Part shown: positions 29,395-39,849 of the stretch, piece by piece
How positions within the stretch are numbered: position 1 is the first letter of the stretch
Layout of the letters: each line of letters opens with the position of its first letter
Origin: Bacteriovoracaceae bacterium
GTDB taxonomy: Bacteria > Bdellovibrionota > Bacteriovoracia > Bacteriovoracales > Bacteriovoracaceae
NCBI GenBank assembly: GCA_048270185.1
Contig: JBLWTJ010000001.1
Location: 1,600,001 to 1,664,000, forward strand
Reading direction: 5' to 3'
Length of the DNA stretch: 64,000 nucleotides
Notes under the pieces: model-generated
Database searches by the model: none
What the model saw: only the letters and a program-made list of their open reading frames with translations
What the model was told of the DNA's origin: nothing
Program-made: the position numbers and the translations under genes

Positions 29395-31108
29395 TCTTTA
29401 GACCTAAATAAAAACCATCCGGAACAAAATGTAGAAAAATTGATTTTTGTCCTTTTTCTGCATGCACACCTATTAATCCATTGTAATCAAATACTCGATT
29501 ATCTTCGAAGCGCCAACCATCATGATAGTTTTGATTAACTATAATATCTGTATTTTCCTTAAGTTCAGGAAAGAATAAATTAATGCCATTTGGAACAAAT
29601 TGAAAAGAAATATCATTCTCAATGGTATTATCTAAGTAATAAACTTCACCACGATAATCTTTACTATCACGAGGACTTACAAATGTTTTAACTGTTGCGA
29701 CTTCTTCAGATTCATCATTATAAGTTGTCGATATTCCAGCAAGATAGCAGGGGTAAAAACCAATCTGCGTAGTAGTCATATACTCAATTCTAATTGGACA
29801 CTTTCTGACTGTAACAAAATCACCCCTTGCAGGCATAACGCTCTTAAAAGGAAATGCAAAAGTAGTAACATAGTAACTAACACAGATAATAGGAACTACA
29901 CTTAGTCCAAGAGTAAGGTATTTAACAAGATTTTTTCTATTATATTTATAAAAAATATACTCAAAACCTGCTGCGGAGAAATAAGCAAAACCGAAAAGAA
30001 AGAAAGCTCTGAAACGCATAGGAAAACGAATACTATCGAATGGAAAGAAATTATTTAAATACGTCCAAGGCCCATGTGGCAATCTTGTCCCAAACGAAAG
30101 TAATAAGAATGTTAATGTAAAAAATAAAATAGGACGACTAAACTTATCTTTATTAAATAGTCCTATGAAAAATAATATTATTGGGACCAGTCCAACAAAC
30201 ATTCCATTCTCATCCCACCAATGATTAATACCTCTAAGGAAGTCGCCTTTACCATCTGGAAATATTTTTTTGAAATCATTTTTCGCATATCTTTCAGAAG
30301 TTTCACGGTAAAGCTTTTGTCTAGGGTAAATCATCGAGTAAACAAGACCCTGAAGGCTGAAACCTGAATAAATATCACCTATCTCTCTAGGAGCATCTTT
30401 CATATATAAGACACCTGGATATAGCTTCACAGCACCTAAACCAATCCCTAGAACAACACCTATAATAAAAGCTTTTATTTTAGGAGTATTAGATTTATTC
30501 AAGTGATATAAGAACCAAATACCGAAGCTTAATAAAACTAATGTAATTGCGTGAGCCGCCCCCATCATTACCATCGAAAAAATATAGATAGGAATTCCTA
30601 TATAAATTGTTCGTTTTGAACCTCTTAGCCAGAACCAAAATAGAAGAGGAAATGTAACGTAATAAGCAAAACTCAACATCCCTGTTCCCATGATGAGAAC
30701 AAACATACTATTAAGTACACATACACTGACAAATAGAACACATGCGAGAGGACCAAATTTAAACTCTTTGGCGCACAAATAAGCGCCTATTACGCCTGTC
30801 AGATATGTCACAACACAGAGAAATTTAAAAGCTACAATATTGGAAAGAAAATATAATATTGGAGTTAGAATATGAAAGCCAGCTACAACAGGATATCCCC
30901 AAAAATTATTTCCACCACGTGAGTAGTGAATCCAAAAAGGAAGCTTCAAATTTCTAACTGAATCGAGATAGTGACTAAGGTTCATTATTTCATTATCGAA
31001 ATCTATCAGGCCCCAATTATCAATATTAAAAAATATCGGTAATATCGTAATCAAGGCAAGTACGATACATGTGATAAAAGAATGTCTATGCGTAAATTTT
31101 GACTCCAA
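29309..31108 (-). CDS. Polytopic membrane protein, YfhO/GT-C-like
   Basis: LPFW...GG loop, multiple TM, IRFPMRF, C-terminal VNQNYHDGW and terminal TM as in YfhO-like proteins; TTG start. Confidence 0.62.
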   Translation of the reverse strand: MESKFTHRHSFITCIVLALITILPIFFNIDNWGLIDFDNEIMNLSHYLDSVRNLKLPFWIHYSRGGNNFWGYPVVAGFHILTPILYFLSNIVAFKFLCVVTYLTGVIGAYLCAKEFKFGPLACVLFVSVCVLNSMFVLIMGTGMLSFAYYVTFPLLFWFWLRGSKRTIYIGIPIYIFSMVMMGAAHAITLVLLSFGIWFLYHLNKSNTPKIKAFIIGVVLGIGLGAVKLYPGVLYMKDAPREIGDIYSGFSLQGLVYSMIYPRQKLYRETSERYAKNDFKKIFPDGKGDFLRGINHWWDENGMFVGLVPIILFFIGLFNKDKFSRPILFFTLTFLLLSFGTRLPHGPWTYLNNFFPFDSIRFPMRFRAFFLFGFAYFSAAGFEYIFYKYNRKNLVKYLTLGLSVVPIICVSYYVTTFAFPFKSVMPARGDFVTVRKCPIRIEYMTTTQIGFYPCYLAGISTTYNDESEEVATVKTFVSPRDSKDYRGEVYYLDNTIENDISFQFVPNGINLFFPELKENTDIIVNQNYHDGWRFEDNRVFDYNGLIGVHAEKGQKSIFLHFVPDGFYLGLKISFLFGLLLLLSLWIVFRYQKGKASSSA

Positions 31109-31116
31109 TATTTCCT

Positions 31117-32847
31117 CTAATTAATACGATAGGCACGATGAATATCATTTTCATCAATTAATTCTAAGTTTAAATTCCAGCTTCGTGGGACGAGTATTAA
31201 ATCAACTTTATATTTATCTTTTAACATCACCCATTGTTGTCTATCTCTTTGACTCCATTCCTTAAATATTTTCTTTTCAATTAAATTGATACTATTCCTA
31301 TATGGTATTTCTGGTCTTAAGAATTCAATCCCATAAAGATCAAGCATGACATCACGATAAAATGACATCATATTCGAGTTGTAGACAAGGTCATCAATTG
31401 TATCAAGATCCATAATATTTGGAAGACCAGTTATTAACTGACATTGCTCACAAGAGGGAGTGGATAATAAAAAGGTCCCCTGTTTATTAACTTTTCTATA
31501 AAACTCATCATTTTCATAATACTTCATTTGAGACACATTAAAGCTATAGGCCTTCTTAGAAGTAGTAGCGTAAAGTGTAAAAACGAAGATTGCAAATATA
31601 CTTATAATTGAAATAAATAGTTTATTCGTATAAATAGGTAGATCTTTAAAACGTGGAAGAAGAAGTGAAATGCAAAGGCCATATAAAAATATAAGTACAA
31701 TATTCTTATAAATGGCATATCGATCGAGCATATATATAAAGCTCCAATCCGCCAAAGCGGAGTCAAAAAGAAATAAGAGAAACAAAGTCAAAATAGCTTT
31801 AGACACGACACGAGTTTTTGCTATTGCAAAAGTAATAAGAACGCCAGGAGCTAGAAACAAAGTATAGTTTAATAGTCTTGTCGCCAAGGTACTCCACCAA
31901 TAGGCCGGCATAAAGTTAACTAGATATTGACCAAAGTGGCCCTGAAAAAAACCAATTAAACTCAAAGTCAGTAATGTCGTAAAAAGAAGTTTTAATTGAT
32001 CCTTACGATAATAGAATATCCCAGCTATTGGTAAAAAAAGGGCGAGCCAAAGGTTCCACTGATTTATCTGAAAAGGTACTTGATGTAGATCCCAATTCTT
32101 TAAGTAAGCAATGAAATGTTGTTTATCAAATAGAAATCCTTCTGGGGAATTAAAATCAAATGTTAGCACTGTAAATAGCACCGAAAAGGTGAGCCCGATA
32201 CTATACGACTTTATTTCAGATTTTGAGATCTTAATATTTTTAAAATAGATTAAAATAATATATGCAAGAGCAATGGCCCCATTTAGCCAGATCCCAAGAG
32301 TAATATGAAAGACTGGAGCCAGTCCTATTAAAAAGAATCGACCAACATGCTTTGTACAAAAGAAAAGAGAAAGAACAATACTACATGCAGAAAGTCCTAA
32401 TTGTCCTTGAGGTGTTCTTGTATCAATTAGAGAGATATCATAGTTTGCACCAAAATCAATTAAACGAAATTTTTCAATTATTATTGCGACAGGAATCGCC
32501 AAGAAGCTTCGATGAATGATATAAGAGCTCAGCCCCAATGCAATCATACTAAGAGCACCTAAGAGCATCGAATTAAATATTGCTATCGTCTGTAGACTAA
32601 AGCCTAAACTTAATAAAACTCGATCAATAAAATAATACAGACTATTTAATTTTAGCTGGAAATAATACTGAGGGGACTTGAAAGGGTATTCGATAAGCCC
32701 AGCCTTAAGCATACTGTTTTCAACAATATCATCCCAAGCGATAAAATGTGTACCGCCTAAGAAAATCCCATATAATGCGAGAATGATAATAATAATTGGT
32801 AATTTATACTTAGAAGCTAAAAATCTAAGTCTTTTCATGTACCACAT
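31117..32847 (-). CDS. Polytopic membrane protein, possible GT-C-fold enzyme
   Basis: More than 10 hydrophobic segments, acidic first loop (WDDIVE), soluble C-terminal domain. Confidence 0.5.
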   Translation of the reverse strand: MWYMKRLRFLASKYKLPIIIIILALYGIFLGGTHFIAWDDIVENSMLKAGLIEYPFKSPQYYFQLKLNSLYYFIDRVLLSLGFSLQTIAIFNSMLLGALSMIALGLSSYIIHRSFLAIPVAIIIEKFRLIDFGANYDISLIDTRTPQGQLGLSACSIVLSLFFCTKHVGRFFLIGLAPVFHITLGIWLNGAIALAYIILIYFKNIKISKSEIKSYSIGLTFSVLFTVLTFDFNSPEGFLFDKQHFIAYLKNWDLHQVPFQINQWNLWLALFLPIAGIFYYRKDQLKLLFTTLLTLSLIGFFQGHFGQYLVNFMPAYWWSTLATRLLNYTLFLAPGVLITFAIAKTRVVSKAILTLFLLFLFDSALADWSFIYMLDRYAIYKNIVLIFLYGLCISLLLPRFKDLPIYTNKLFISIISIFAIFVFTLYATTSKKAYSFNVSQMKYYENDEFYRKVNKQGTFLLSTPSCEQCQLITGLPNIMDLDTIDDLVYNSNMMSFYRDVMLDLYGIEFLRPEIPYRNSINLIEKKIFKEWSQRDRQQWVMLKDKYKVDLILVPRSWNLNLELIDENDIHRAYRIN

Positions 32848-34352
32848 TAATCGCCTAGAATACGCCTTTTAAGTCTTACTTTATTCATACGATCAACATG
32901 TTCTCTCGTCGATTTACCAAATTTCTTCTCAATTCTTTCCAGATATTTCGGATCATGAAAGTAAGTGATATAGGCTTGATCTCTAAAATTGAGGACAGTT
33001 GCACCATCAACTAAGCCTGTATGCATTGGGAAAGTCTCATAAGCAAGTTGTGCATATCCTCCCCATGTTTCAGGAAGTGGTATTCCTTGATCTAACGCTT
33101 TCTGATAAAGAGTTGATCCAGGATAGGCCATTCCACTAGTAAAGTTGATATAATCAAGTTCGAGGGCCATAGCTAGATCAAGTGTCTCTTGCATTCTTTC
33201 GACATTATCGTCAGGTAGTCCAAATACAAAGTTACCAATAATATTGATTCCATGCTTCTTTAATCTTTCAACCTGTGTCTCAATGGCATTATCTTTAATT
33301 TTCTTATTTGCAGTTTCTTGCACAACTGAATTAGCTGTTTCAATACCGATACACACCCATCTGATACCAGCTTTTTTAAACTTCATAATAAGATTTTCAC
33401 TTAAAGTATCAACACGAGAGTGGATATAGATATTGAGATCGTAATTTCTTTCAATTAGACCATCGCAAATATCATTAACATGTTTACGATTCATGATAAA
33501 AATTTCATCTGCGAATTTGATATGCTTTATACCATATTCCTTCACCATGATATCAATTTCTTTTAAAATGAACTCTGGCGACCAATAGCGATAGCTGTTT
33601 CGATTCTTGGGCATATCCATAAGCGACTCACCATCTCTAAAGGGAGCCTGAATACAACAGAAATTACACTGAAAAGGACAACCTAGAGTTGTATAGATAG
33701 CGGCGTATGGCTGCCTTGAATCGAGACCAAAACCATGCCAATTATGAGCACGATATTTTTCAACTGGAATTAGATGCCAAGGAAGCCCTGGCATTTCATT
33801 ATCAAGATCTTCGACAAGAGGTGCCGGATCAGTTTTTAGCGCTTTACCTTTATATTCAAAAACTAATCCTTTAACTTTTAAAAGATCATCATCTGTATAA
33901 GAATCTTGTTTTAATACATTTAGAAGACCTTCTAATGTATATGGACCTTCTCCTGAACAAACAAAATCAACACGCTCTTCTTTGAGTGTTTTGAAAGGAA
34001 GGGCCGAAACATGCCCCCCAATAATGATAATTTTTTGATCTGGCAGTAAATCTTTGATTGCATTTATTGTTGCAAGGGCCGGCTCCATTGTTTGAGTCGA
34101 AGCAGATGGATTATGTCCGTAAACAACAAGTGCCACAAGTTTTGGATTTTTTTCTTTAACAACTTTAGCTGCTTCAACAGGTGCCAATTCAAGAACATTT
34201 GTATCAAGAATATCCGCATCAAAGCCTTTATTGAGTGCAAAGTTTGTTAAGAGCCCACCCCAAATTGGAGTCTCGTATGCCGTCAAGTCCGAATCATGCA
34301 GGACCTGATATGTAATTCCTCTACCACCTGGATTTATAACAAGTAAATCCAT
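32847..34352 (-). CDS. Cobalamin-binding-domain radical SAM protein
   Basis: LVINP, GGH, GEGP, LGCPFQCNFCCIQ, GIETA, AYPGS. Confidence 0.92.
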   Translation of the reverse strand: MDLLVINPGGRGITYQVLHDSDLTAYETPIWGGLLTNFALNKGFDADILDTNVLELAPVEAAKVVKEKNPKLVALVVYGHNPSASTQTMEPALATINAIKDLLPDQKIIIIGGHVSALPFKTLKEERVDFVCSGEGPYTLEGLLNVLKQDSYTDDDLLKVKGLVFEYKGKALKTDPAPLVEDLDNEMPGLPWHLIPVEKYRAHNWHGFGLDSRQPYAAIYTTLGCPFQCNFCCIQAPFRDGESLMDMPKNRNSYRYWSPEFILKEIDIMVKEYGIKHIKFADEIFIMNRKHVNDICDGLIERNYDLNIYIHSRVDTLSENLIMKFKKAGIRWVCIGIETANSVVQETANKKIKDNAIETQVERLKKHGINIIGNFVFGLPDDNVERMQETLDLAMALELDYINFTSGMAYPGSTLYQKALDQGIPLPETWGGYAQLAYETFPMHTGLVDGATVLNFRDQAYITYFHDPKYLERIEKKFGKSTREHVDRMNKVRLKRRILGD

Positions 34353-34361
34353 AATACTCCC

Positions 34362-35291
34362 TTATAATTCTAAAATAGTTCCAACAATGCTATTAACGTC
34401 AAGGCCGTATAGACTCTGCATGTGCTCACGTCCGCCATATTTGTAGCAATAGCCTTCGTTGAAATTTAATCCCATACGCTTTACTGGCATTTGGATATTA
34501 TTATCAGCTAAGACCTCTAAGATATAACTTCCAAAACCACCTTTTAACTCGTGTTCTTCTAAAGTTACAACTCTCTTATACTGAGATAGATTTTTAGCTA
34601 ATTCTTTTTCAGATGTTGGAATTGTATAAACATCAACAACACCAGCATTAATTCCGTTTTTCTTTAGTTCGTCTGCAACTTCAAATGCGCGGTAAACCAT
34701 ATTACCTGTTGCAACAATACAAAGATCATTACTTTCTTGAAATGATTTAAAACCAATAGTGAAATCGTCACTTTCAGTATAGATATCTTCTGATGTTTTT
34801 CGATCAAGTCGAATATACATCGGATAGTCAGCATTAGGAGAAGCCTCGGCGAAATATTTTGCCATTACACCATCTGTTATATTGTGAATTTTCAAACGTG
34901 GTAGCGCTCTAAGAATCGTAATGTCTTCTACTGTATGGTGAGTCGGGCCCGAGTCATCATAACTAAGACCTGCTCCAACCCCAACGATTGTAACAGGAAT
35001 ATTCATTGCACAGATATTAAGTCTAATTTGTTCATAACATCTTAGTGTAATGAAGTTAGCAATGGCATGAACATAAGTCTTCTTACCTTCATAACTCATA
35101 CCTGCAGCCAGTGTAATCGCTTGTTGTTCAGCAATACCAACATTAATATACTGAGAAGGTAAGTCTGAACGAAACTTATCAAGAGAAGGAGCTCCTTGAT
35201 CTGCAGAAATAAAGATAAGGTCCTTATCTTCTTTTGCTTGTGCATATAATGCATCAAAGAATATATCTCTTTGTGTTTTTAGCTTTTTCAT
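34362..35291 (-). CDS. Transketolase C-terminal (pyrimidine-binding) subunit, pair 1
   Basis: NVGIAEQ, RCYEQIR, GPTHH, YIRL, TLEEH..GGFGS. Confidence 0.92.
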   Translation of the reverse strand: MKKLKTQRDIFFDALYAQAKEDKDLIFISADQGAPSLDKFRSDLPSQYINVGIAEQQAITLAAGMSYEGKKTYVHAIANFITLRCYEQIRLNICAMNIPVTIVGVGAGLSYDDSGPTHHTVEDITILRALPRLKIHNITDGVMAKYFAEASPNADYPMYIRLDRKTSEDIYTESDDFTIGFKSFQESNDLCIVATGNMVYRAFEVADELKKNGINAGVVDVYTIPTSEKELAKNLSQYKRVVTLEEHELKGGFGSYILEVLADNNIQMPVKRMGLNFNEGYCYKYGGREHMQSLYGLDVNSIVGTILEL

Positions 35292-36130
35292 TTCTTTATA
35301 CCAACTTTGTTTTCATTAAGTTCTTTAAGTGCTTTTTCGACATCTTCACCGGAAGGTGCAACAGCATGCCATAAAGGGTGGTTGCTCATAAACTCAACAC
35401 CTTTACCTTTAATCGTTTCACAGATAATTACTTTTGGAGCTGTTGTCTTTCTCGCCCTAACATCTTTTAAAGCGGCCATAATTTCTTCAATACTATGACC
35501 GTCAACAGTTGTTACTTCCCATCCAAAACTCTTCCATTTTTCATCAAGTGGTTCAATAGAAAGTGAATTTTCAGTAAAGTGTGTCGCACAAAGATAATTA
35601 CGATCAACAATTGCAACAAGATTATTTAAATTATTATGTGCTGCAAACATTGCTGATTCCCAAATTGAACCTTCATAGCACTCACCATCACCAAGAAGCG
35701 CAAAAGTCAGAGGAAGAGTACGATTCATTTTATGTGTTAAAGCAATTCCAGTTGCTACACCTAAACCATGTCCAAGAGATCCTGTCGTAAATTCGACTCC
35801 CGGAACATCGTGTTGTAAGTGAACGCCAAAAATTCCATCTGCTTTACAAAACTTCCAAATCTCATCGCGATCATAGAAGCCTAGATCCCCTAGGATCGTA
35901 TAAAGAATAACACTGGCCTGACCTTTTGATAGAATGAAACGATCACGGTCAGCATCCTTATCATCGTCTTTATTAAATCTCATTACTCCACCGTAGTAGA
36001 GTGCAACAAGAATTTCTGCACACGAAAACGAAGAAGTCACATGTCCTGTTCCTGCGTTTGCACACATTCTAAGAACCAACTCCCTGATCTCATGGCATTT
36101 TTCTTTTAATTCTAAGTAGTTTTCACTCAT
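35288..36130 (-). CDS. Transketolase N-terminal (ThDP-binding) subunit, pair 1
   Basis: GH, DRFILSKGQ, TGSLGHG, GDGECYEG...DRN, TIKGKG, WH. Confidence 0.92.
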   Translation of the reverse strand: MSENYLELKEKCHEIRELVLRMCANAGTGHVTSSFSCAEILVALYYGGVMRFNKDDDKDADRDRFILSKGQASVILYTILGDLGFYDRDEIWKFCKADGIFGVHLQHDVPGVEFTTGSLGHGLGVATGIALTHKMNRTLPLTFALLGDGECYEGSIWESAMFAAHNNLNNLVAIVDRNYLCATHFTENSLSIEPLDEKWKSFGWEVTTVDGHSIEEIMAALKDVRARKTTAPKVIICETIKGKGVEFMSNHPLWHAVAPSGEDVEKALKELNENKVGIKK

Positions 36131-37263
36131 ATATTCTCACTATGTTTAGAGATCACATCTCTAAATTTCTCTATTACTGTATTAATTTGGTCCTTAGTTA
36201 AGCTTAGCCCACTTGGTAAATAAAAACCATAGTTTGCAAGTTTTTCAGCTACAGGGTGAGAATCTCGACTAAAGAGTCCCATGTCTTGGTATATCGGTTG
36301 CTTATGGAGTGGCCAAAAAAATGGGCGATTACCAATTCCTGCATCTGTTAGAGATTTCATAACCTTCTCAGGTTCAGGGAATACTTCAGAGTCAAGAACG
36401 ACACCATAGGCCCAGTATATATTTTGAGCGTAGTCAGTTTGCTCAATGGGCAGGCTCACACCTTTAAGATCCTTGAAAGCTTTAGTGTACATATTCCCCA
36501 TCGTCCGCTTTCTTTCAACAAATTGTGGGAGTGTTTCAAGTTGTGCCAGGCCAACGGCAGCCTGCAGATTTGTCATTCGAGCATTCTGTCCAATATCATC
36601 GTGACGAAAGCGCCTCCCCGACATAAAACAATGATTTCTTAGACTTCGACATTTATCTGCAATGGTATCTTCATTAGTTAGAATCATACCACCTTCGCCA
36701 GTAGTAATATGTTTATTCGCATAGAAGCTAAAAATACTAATATCACCAAGTCCACCACAAGGTTGATCTCGATAAGTTTGCCCGTGCATCTCCGCGGCAT
36801 CTTCAATAATTTTTAAATTAAATTCTTTAGCGATATTGAGTATTTCATCAACCAAGCAAGGTAAACCATAGAGATGTACCATCATAATAGCTTTAGTCTT
36901 AGGTGTTATTTTTGCTCGAATATCTTCAACACTCATATTCCAAGTGTCTTCATATGAATCCACCAGAACTGGGACAAGACCATTTTTTATAATTGCATTG
37001 GAGCATGAAATAATCGTTAGGCTTGGAACAATAATTTCATCACCTTCACATAGACCAAGTGACTTAATTGCAATTTCAAGTGCAGCAGTTCCGCTTGAAA
37101 CAGAAATACCATGTTTGCGATTACAATAGGCCGCCAGTTGATTTTCAAATTCAGAAACAAATCGTCCTTCACATGATACCCAACCAGTATCGATACACTC
37201 ATTCAAATATTTCTTTTCATTGCCAATAAAAATAGGAGTATTTACAGGTATAAATTGATCCAC
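36127..37263 (-). CDS. DegT-family aminotransferase, perosamine synthase-like
   Basis: SSGTAAL, VHLYG, EDAAEMHG, FSFYANKHITTGEGG, RPFF, LPSG; GTG start. Confidence 0.92.
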   Translation of the reverse strand: MDQFIPVNTPIFIGNEKKYLNECIDTGWVSCEGRFVSEFENQLAAYCNRKHGISVSSGTAALEIAIKSLGLCEGDEIIVPSLTIISCSNAIIKNGLVPVLVDSYEDTWNMSVEDIRAKITPKTKAIMMVHLYGLPCLVDEILNIAKEFNLKIIEDAAEMHGQTYRDQPCGGLGDISIFSFYANKHITTGEGGMILTNEDTIADKCRSLRNHCFMSGRRFRHDDIGQNARMTNLQAAVGLAQLETLPQFVERKRTMGNMYTKAFKDLKGVSLPIEQTDYAQNIYWAYGVVLDSEVFPEPEKVMKSLTDAGIGNRPFFWPLHKQPIYQDMGLFSRDSHPVAEKLANYGFYLPSGLSLTKDQINTVIEKFRDVISKHSENI

Positions 37264-37375
37264 AAGAATTCCATTTCTTAAGCTCTCACAATTCCATGAG
37301 AGGTGTTTTCAAATACTTATCTAATGACAATTATATAGACCACTGTTATAATATGCTAGAGATATCTCAAACTTA

Positions 37376-37389
37376 TTATAACGTTATAA
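37376..37389. promoter_or_regulatory. Perfect 14-bp palindrome TTATAACGTTATAA in a divergent intergenic region
   Basis: Self-complementary; extended -10 TGTTATAAT at 37344-37352 lies just upstream. Confidence 0.4.
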
Positions 37390-37404
37390 CAATTAGAGTT
37401 GTTA

Positions 37405-38352
37405 ATGCTTTCAGCTGTAACACCATTAAAATTGTCCTTACTTGGTGGGGGCTCTGACTACCCTCTTTGGTTTCACAAATTTGGTGGACGAGTGCTTGGA
37501 GCATCAATTAACCTCTATACGAAATGGCAGTTAAACTCCGCTGAAACTTCACTCACTCAGAAAGAAAATTTTCTAATTAATCAAATTCAAGATTTTACCA
37601 ATTTAGAATTTCCAGAACAGACATATCTATCAACAAACTCGAGTGAATTACTTCAAAAGGGAGCTGGAGCAAGCTCTGCATCCATACTAAGCCTATTAGC
37701 TCTTATTCACGTATCTAACGGTATGGATAAAACAAACCTAGAATTAGCTAATATGGCCATTGAATTTGAGCAAAGACATCTTGGTCTAAATGTTGGTAAT
37801 CAAGATCAGCTTCTTTCATCAATTGGTGGAATAAATAAAATTATTTTTAATACAGACGGAACATCTGAGATCACACCTTTCACACTACCGGCCCAGGCCC
37901 TACACTCACTAAATCAACATTTGATTCTCATCGATACCAATCAAGGCCATCTTAATCGCCATATAATCAGCAATGATTATATAAACGATAATATTCGTCA
38001 TGAGAGACAAATTAAGAGATTGATGGAATTGGCAACACAAGGTTGCGATATAATTCATAAAACAGATGCAGTTGAGCATTTAGGTTCACTATTAAATGAG
38101 GCTTGGTCCCTTAAGAAAGAACTAAGTCCTAATATGAGTAATTCATCAATTGATGAAATCTACAGTGCCATCAAATCAAAGGGTGCTTTTGGTGCTAAGC
38201 TATTAGGAGCCGGCGGTGGTGGTTTTATTCTTGCTATTGCAAACCCTGATAGCCAGAGAGAAATTACAAAAATACCAAATATAAAGACATATGATATTTG
38301 TATCGAAAATAGTGGTTTAACAATCAATAAGGCAAGTGTTAATGAAAATTGA
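37405..38352 (+). CDS. hddA: GHMP kinase, D-glycero-alpha-D-manno-heptose-7-phosphate kinase-like
   Basis: TPLKLSLLGGGSDYP, GAGASSA, VGNQDQ...GG, GAKLLGAGGGGF. Confidence 0.8.
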   Translation: MLSAVTPLKLSLLGGGSDYPLWFHKFGGRVLGASINLYTKWQLNSAETSLTQKENFLINQIQDFTNLEFPEQTYLSTNSSELLQKGAGASSASILSLLALIHVSNGMDKTNLELANMAIEFEQRHLGLNVGNQDQLLSSIGGINKIIFNTDGTSEITPFTLPAQALHSLNQHLILIDTNQGHLNRHIISNDYINDNIRHERQIKRLMELATQGCDIIHKTDAVEHLGSLLNEAWSLKKELSPNMSNSSIDEIYSAIKSKGAFGAKLLGAGGGGFILAIANPDSQREITKIPNIKTYDICIENSGLTINKASVNEN

Positions 38353-39424
38353 TTTCTTAAATTTATCAATTGATAAACAAGAAGAAAGAGATAAGTACTT
38401 AGCAATTTTAAATGAAGTTTTAATACATGGCCGAATAATTAATGGGCCAGAACTTACAAACTTTGAAAATAACATCGCCCAGTACCTATCAGTAAAGTAC
38501 GCCATTGGAGTTTCCAACGGAACTGATGCCTTGTACCTAGCTCTTAAAGCACTTGGTATTGGTCAAGGGGATGAGGTCATCATTCCTTGCCTATCATGGT
38601 TATCAACGGCCCACGTTGTCCAAGAAATTGGTGCTACTCCTGTTTTTGCAGATATAGGTGATGACTTAAATATAAGTTTAGACTCGATAATAAACCTCAC
38701 AACAGATAAGACAAAGGCCATAATCTGTGTCCACTTCATGGGGAGACCTTGTGAAATGAAGACACTCTCTCAATACGCAAAAGATAATGAGCTTTATTTA
38801 ATTGAAGATGCATCCCAATCATTTGGAGCTCAATACAATGGTCAAAGAACTGGAGCTTTAGGAGATATAGCTTGTTTTAGCTTAAATCCAATGAAGGCCT
38901 TTGGCGCTCTTGGTGAAGCTGGACTAGTCACGACTAATAATGAAAAAATTAAACAGAAGATACATGAATTAAGATATTGTGGGATGATTGATAAGCAATA
39001 CTCTTCTGAGAGCAGTTTAAATTTTCGAATGGATACAATTCAAGCGGCTTTTCTTTCTTATCGACTAAAAAATATTGATGAGACTATAACTAGAAGAGCA
39101 AATATAGCGAAGAAGTACGATCTTAACTTTCCATTAGAAAATAAATTACCAGAAATTCAAAAGAATTGTATTTCTTCACACTATGGCCATACCCTACTCG
39201 TAAATAACAGAGATGAATTCATCAAGTCCATGAAAGACTTTGGTATTGAAACAAAGATTCAACACTATCCTCTTATGTGTGACCAAAGAATCTATATGGA
39301 TTGTCGTGCTGAAAAAGAGAATGGAAGTAATATAGTCGAAAAAATAATCAACATTCCATGTCATGAAAATTTATCATCAGAAGAAGTAAAATATATTATC
39401 AAGTGTGTTTCGGAGTTACTGTGA
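38342..39424 (+). CDS. DegT-family aminotransferase
   Basis: SNGTDAL, VHFMG, EDASQSFGA, FSLNPMKAFGALGEAG, IHY-like QHYP. Confidence 0.92.
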   Translation: MKIDFLNLSIDKQEERDKYLAILNEVLIHGRIINGPELTNFENNIAQYLSVKYAIGVSNGTDALYLALKALGIGQGDEVIIPCLSWLSTAHVVQEIGATPVFADIGDDLNISLDSIINLTTDKTKAIICVHFMGRPCEMKTLSQYAKDNELYLIEDASQSFGAQYNGQRTGALGDIACFSLNPMKAFGALGEAGLVTTNNEKIKQKIHELRYCGMIDKQYSSESSLNFRMDTIQAAFLSYRLKNIDETITRRANIAKKYDLNFPLENKLPEIQKNCISSHYGHTLLVNNRDEFIKSMKDFGIETKIQHYPLMCDQRIYMDCRAEKENGSNIVEKIINIPCHENLSSEEVKYIIKCVSELL

Positions 39425-39849
39425 AACCTGCTTATGAATTCGTTTTACCACAAGAGCAAGTCATCACATCAAAGTTATTAAGTGACTTGAGAAAAAAGGC
39501 CATGGAACACCCAACTGGTGTCTATCGTTACAATTTTCATGAAAGCTTAGAAGCAGCGAAGCAAGAGATGATCATCTGCTTAACGAGTCGTAGTATCTGC
39601 AATATACATAAACACCTTGATAAAGACGAAATAATCGAAATACTTGAAGGCACTGTAGAAATATCAAAATACAACGATAATTTATCGATCGATGAGACTA
39701 TAACATTGTCGTTATTAGGCGTGAGCCAAATTGAGTTAAAGAAAAATTCAATTCATTCAGTTAAAGTCATTGGCGATTACGCGATAATAAGAGAATTAAC
39801 AACTGGCCCATTTATCAAAGAAAATTGTCTCATTTTAGGAAAATGTTAA
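39421..39849 (+). CDS. WbuC-like cupin-fold metalloprotein
   Basis: RYNFH, QEMII, HKHLDKDE..EILEG, IHS, ELTTGPF; GTGA overlap start. Confidence 0.75.
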   Translation: MKPAYEFVLPQEQVITSKLLSDLRKKAMEHPTGVYRYNFHESLEAAKQEMIICLTSRSICNIHKHLDKDEIIEILEGTVEISKYNDNLSIDETITLSLLGVSQIELKKNSIHSVKVIGDYAIIRELTTGPFIKENCLILGKC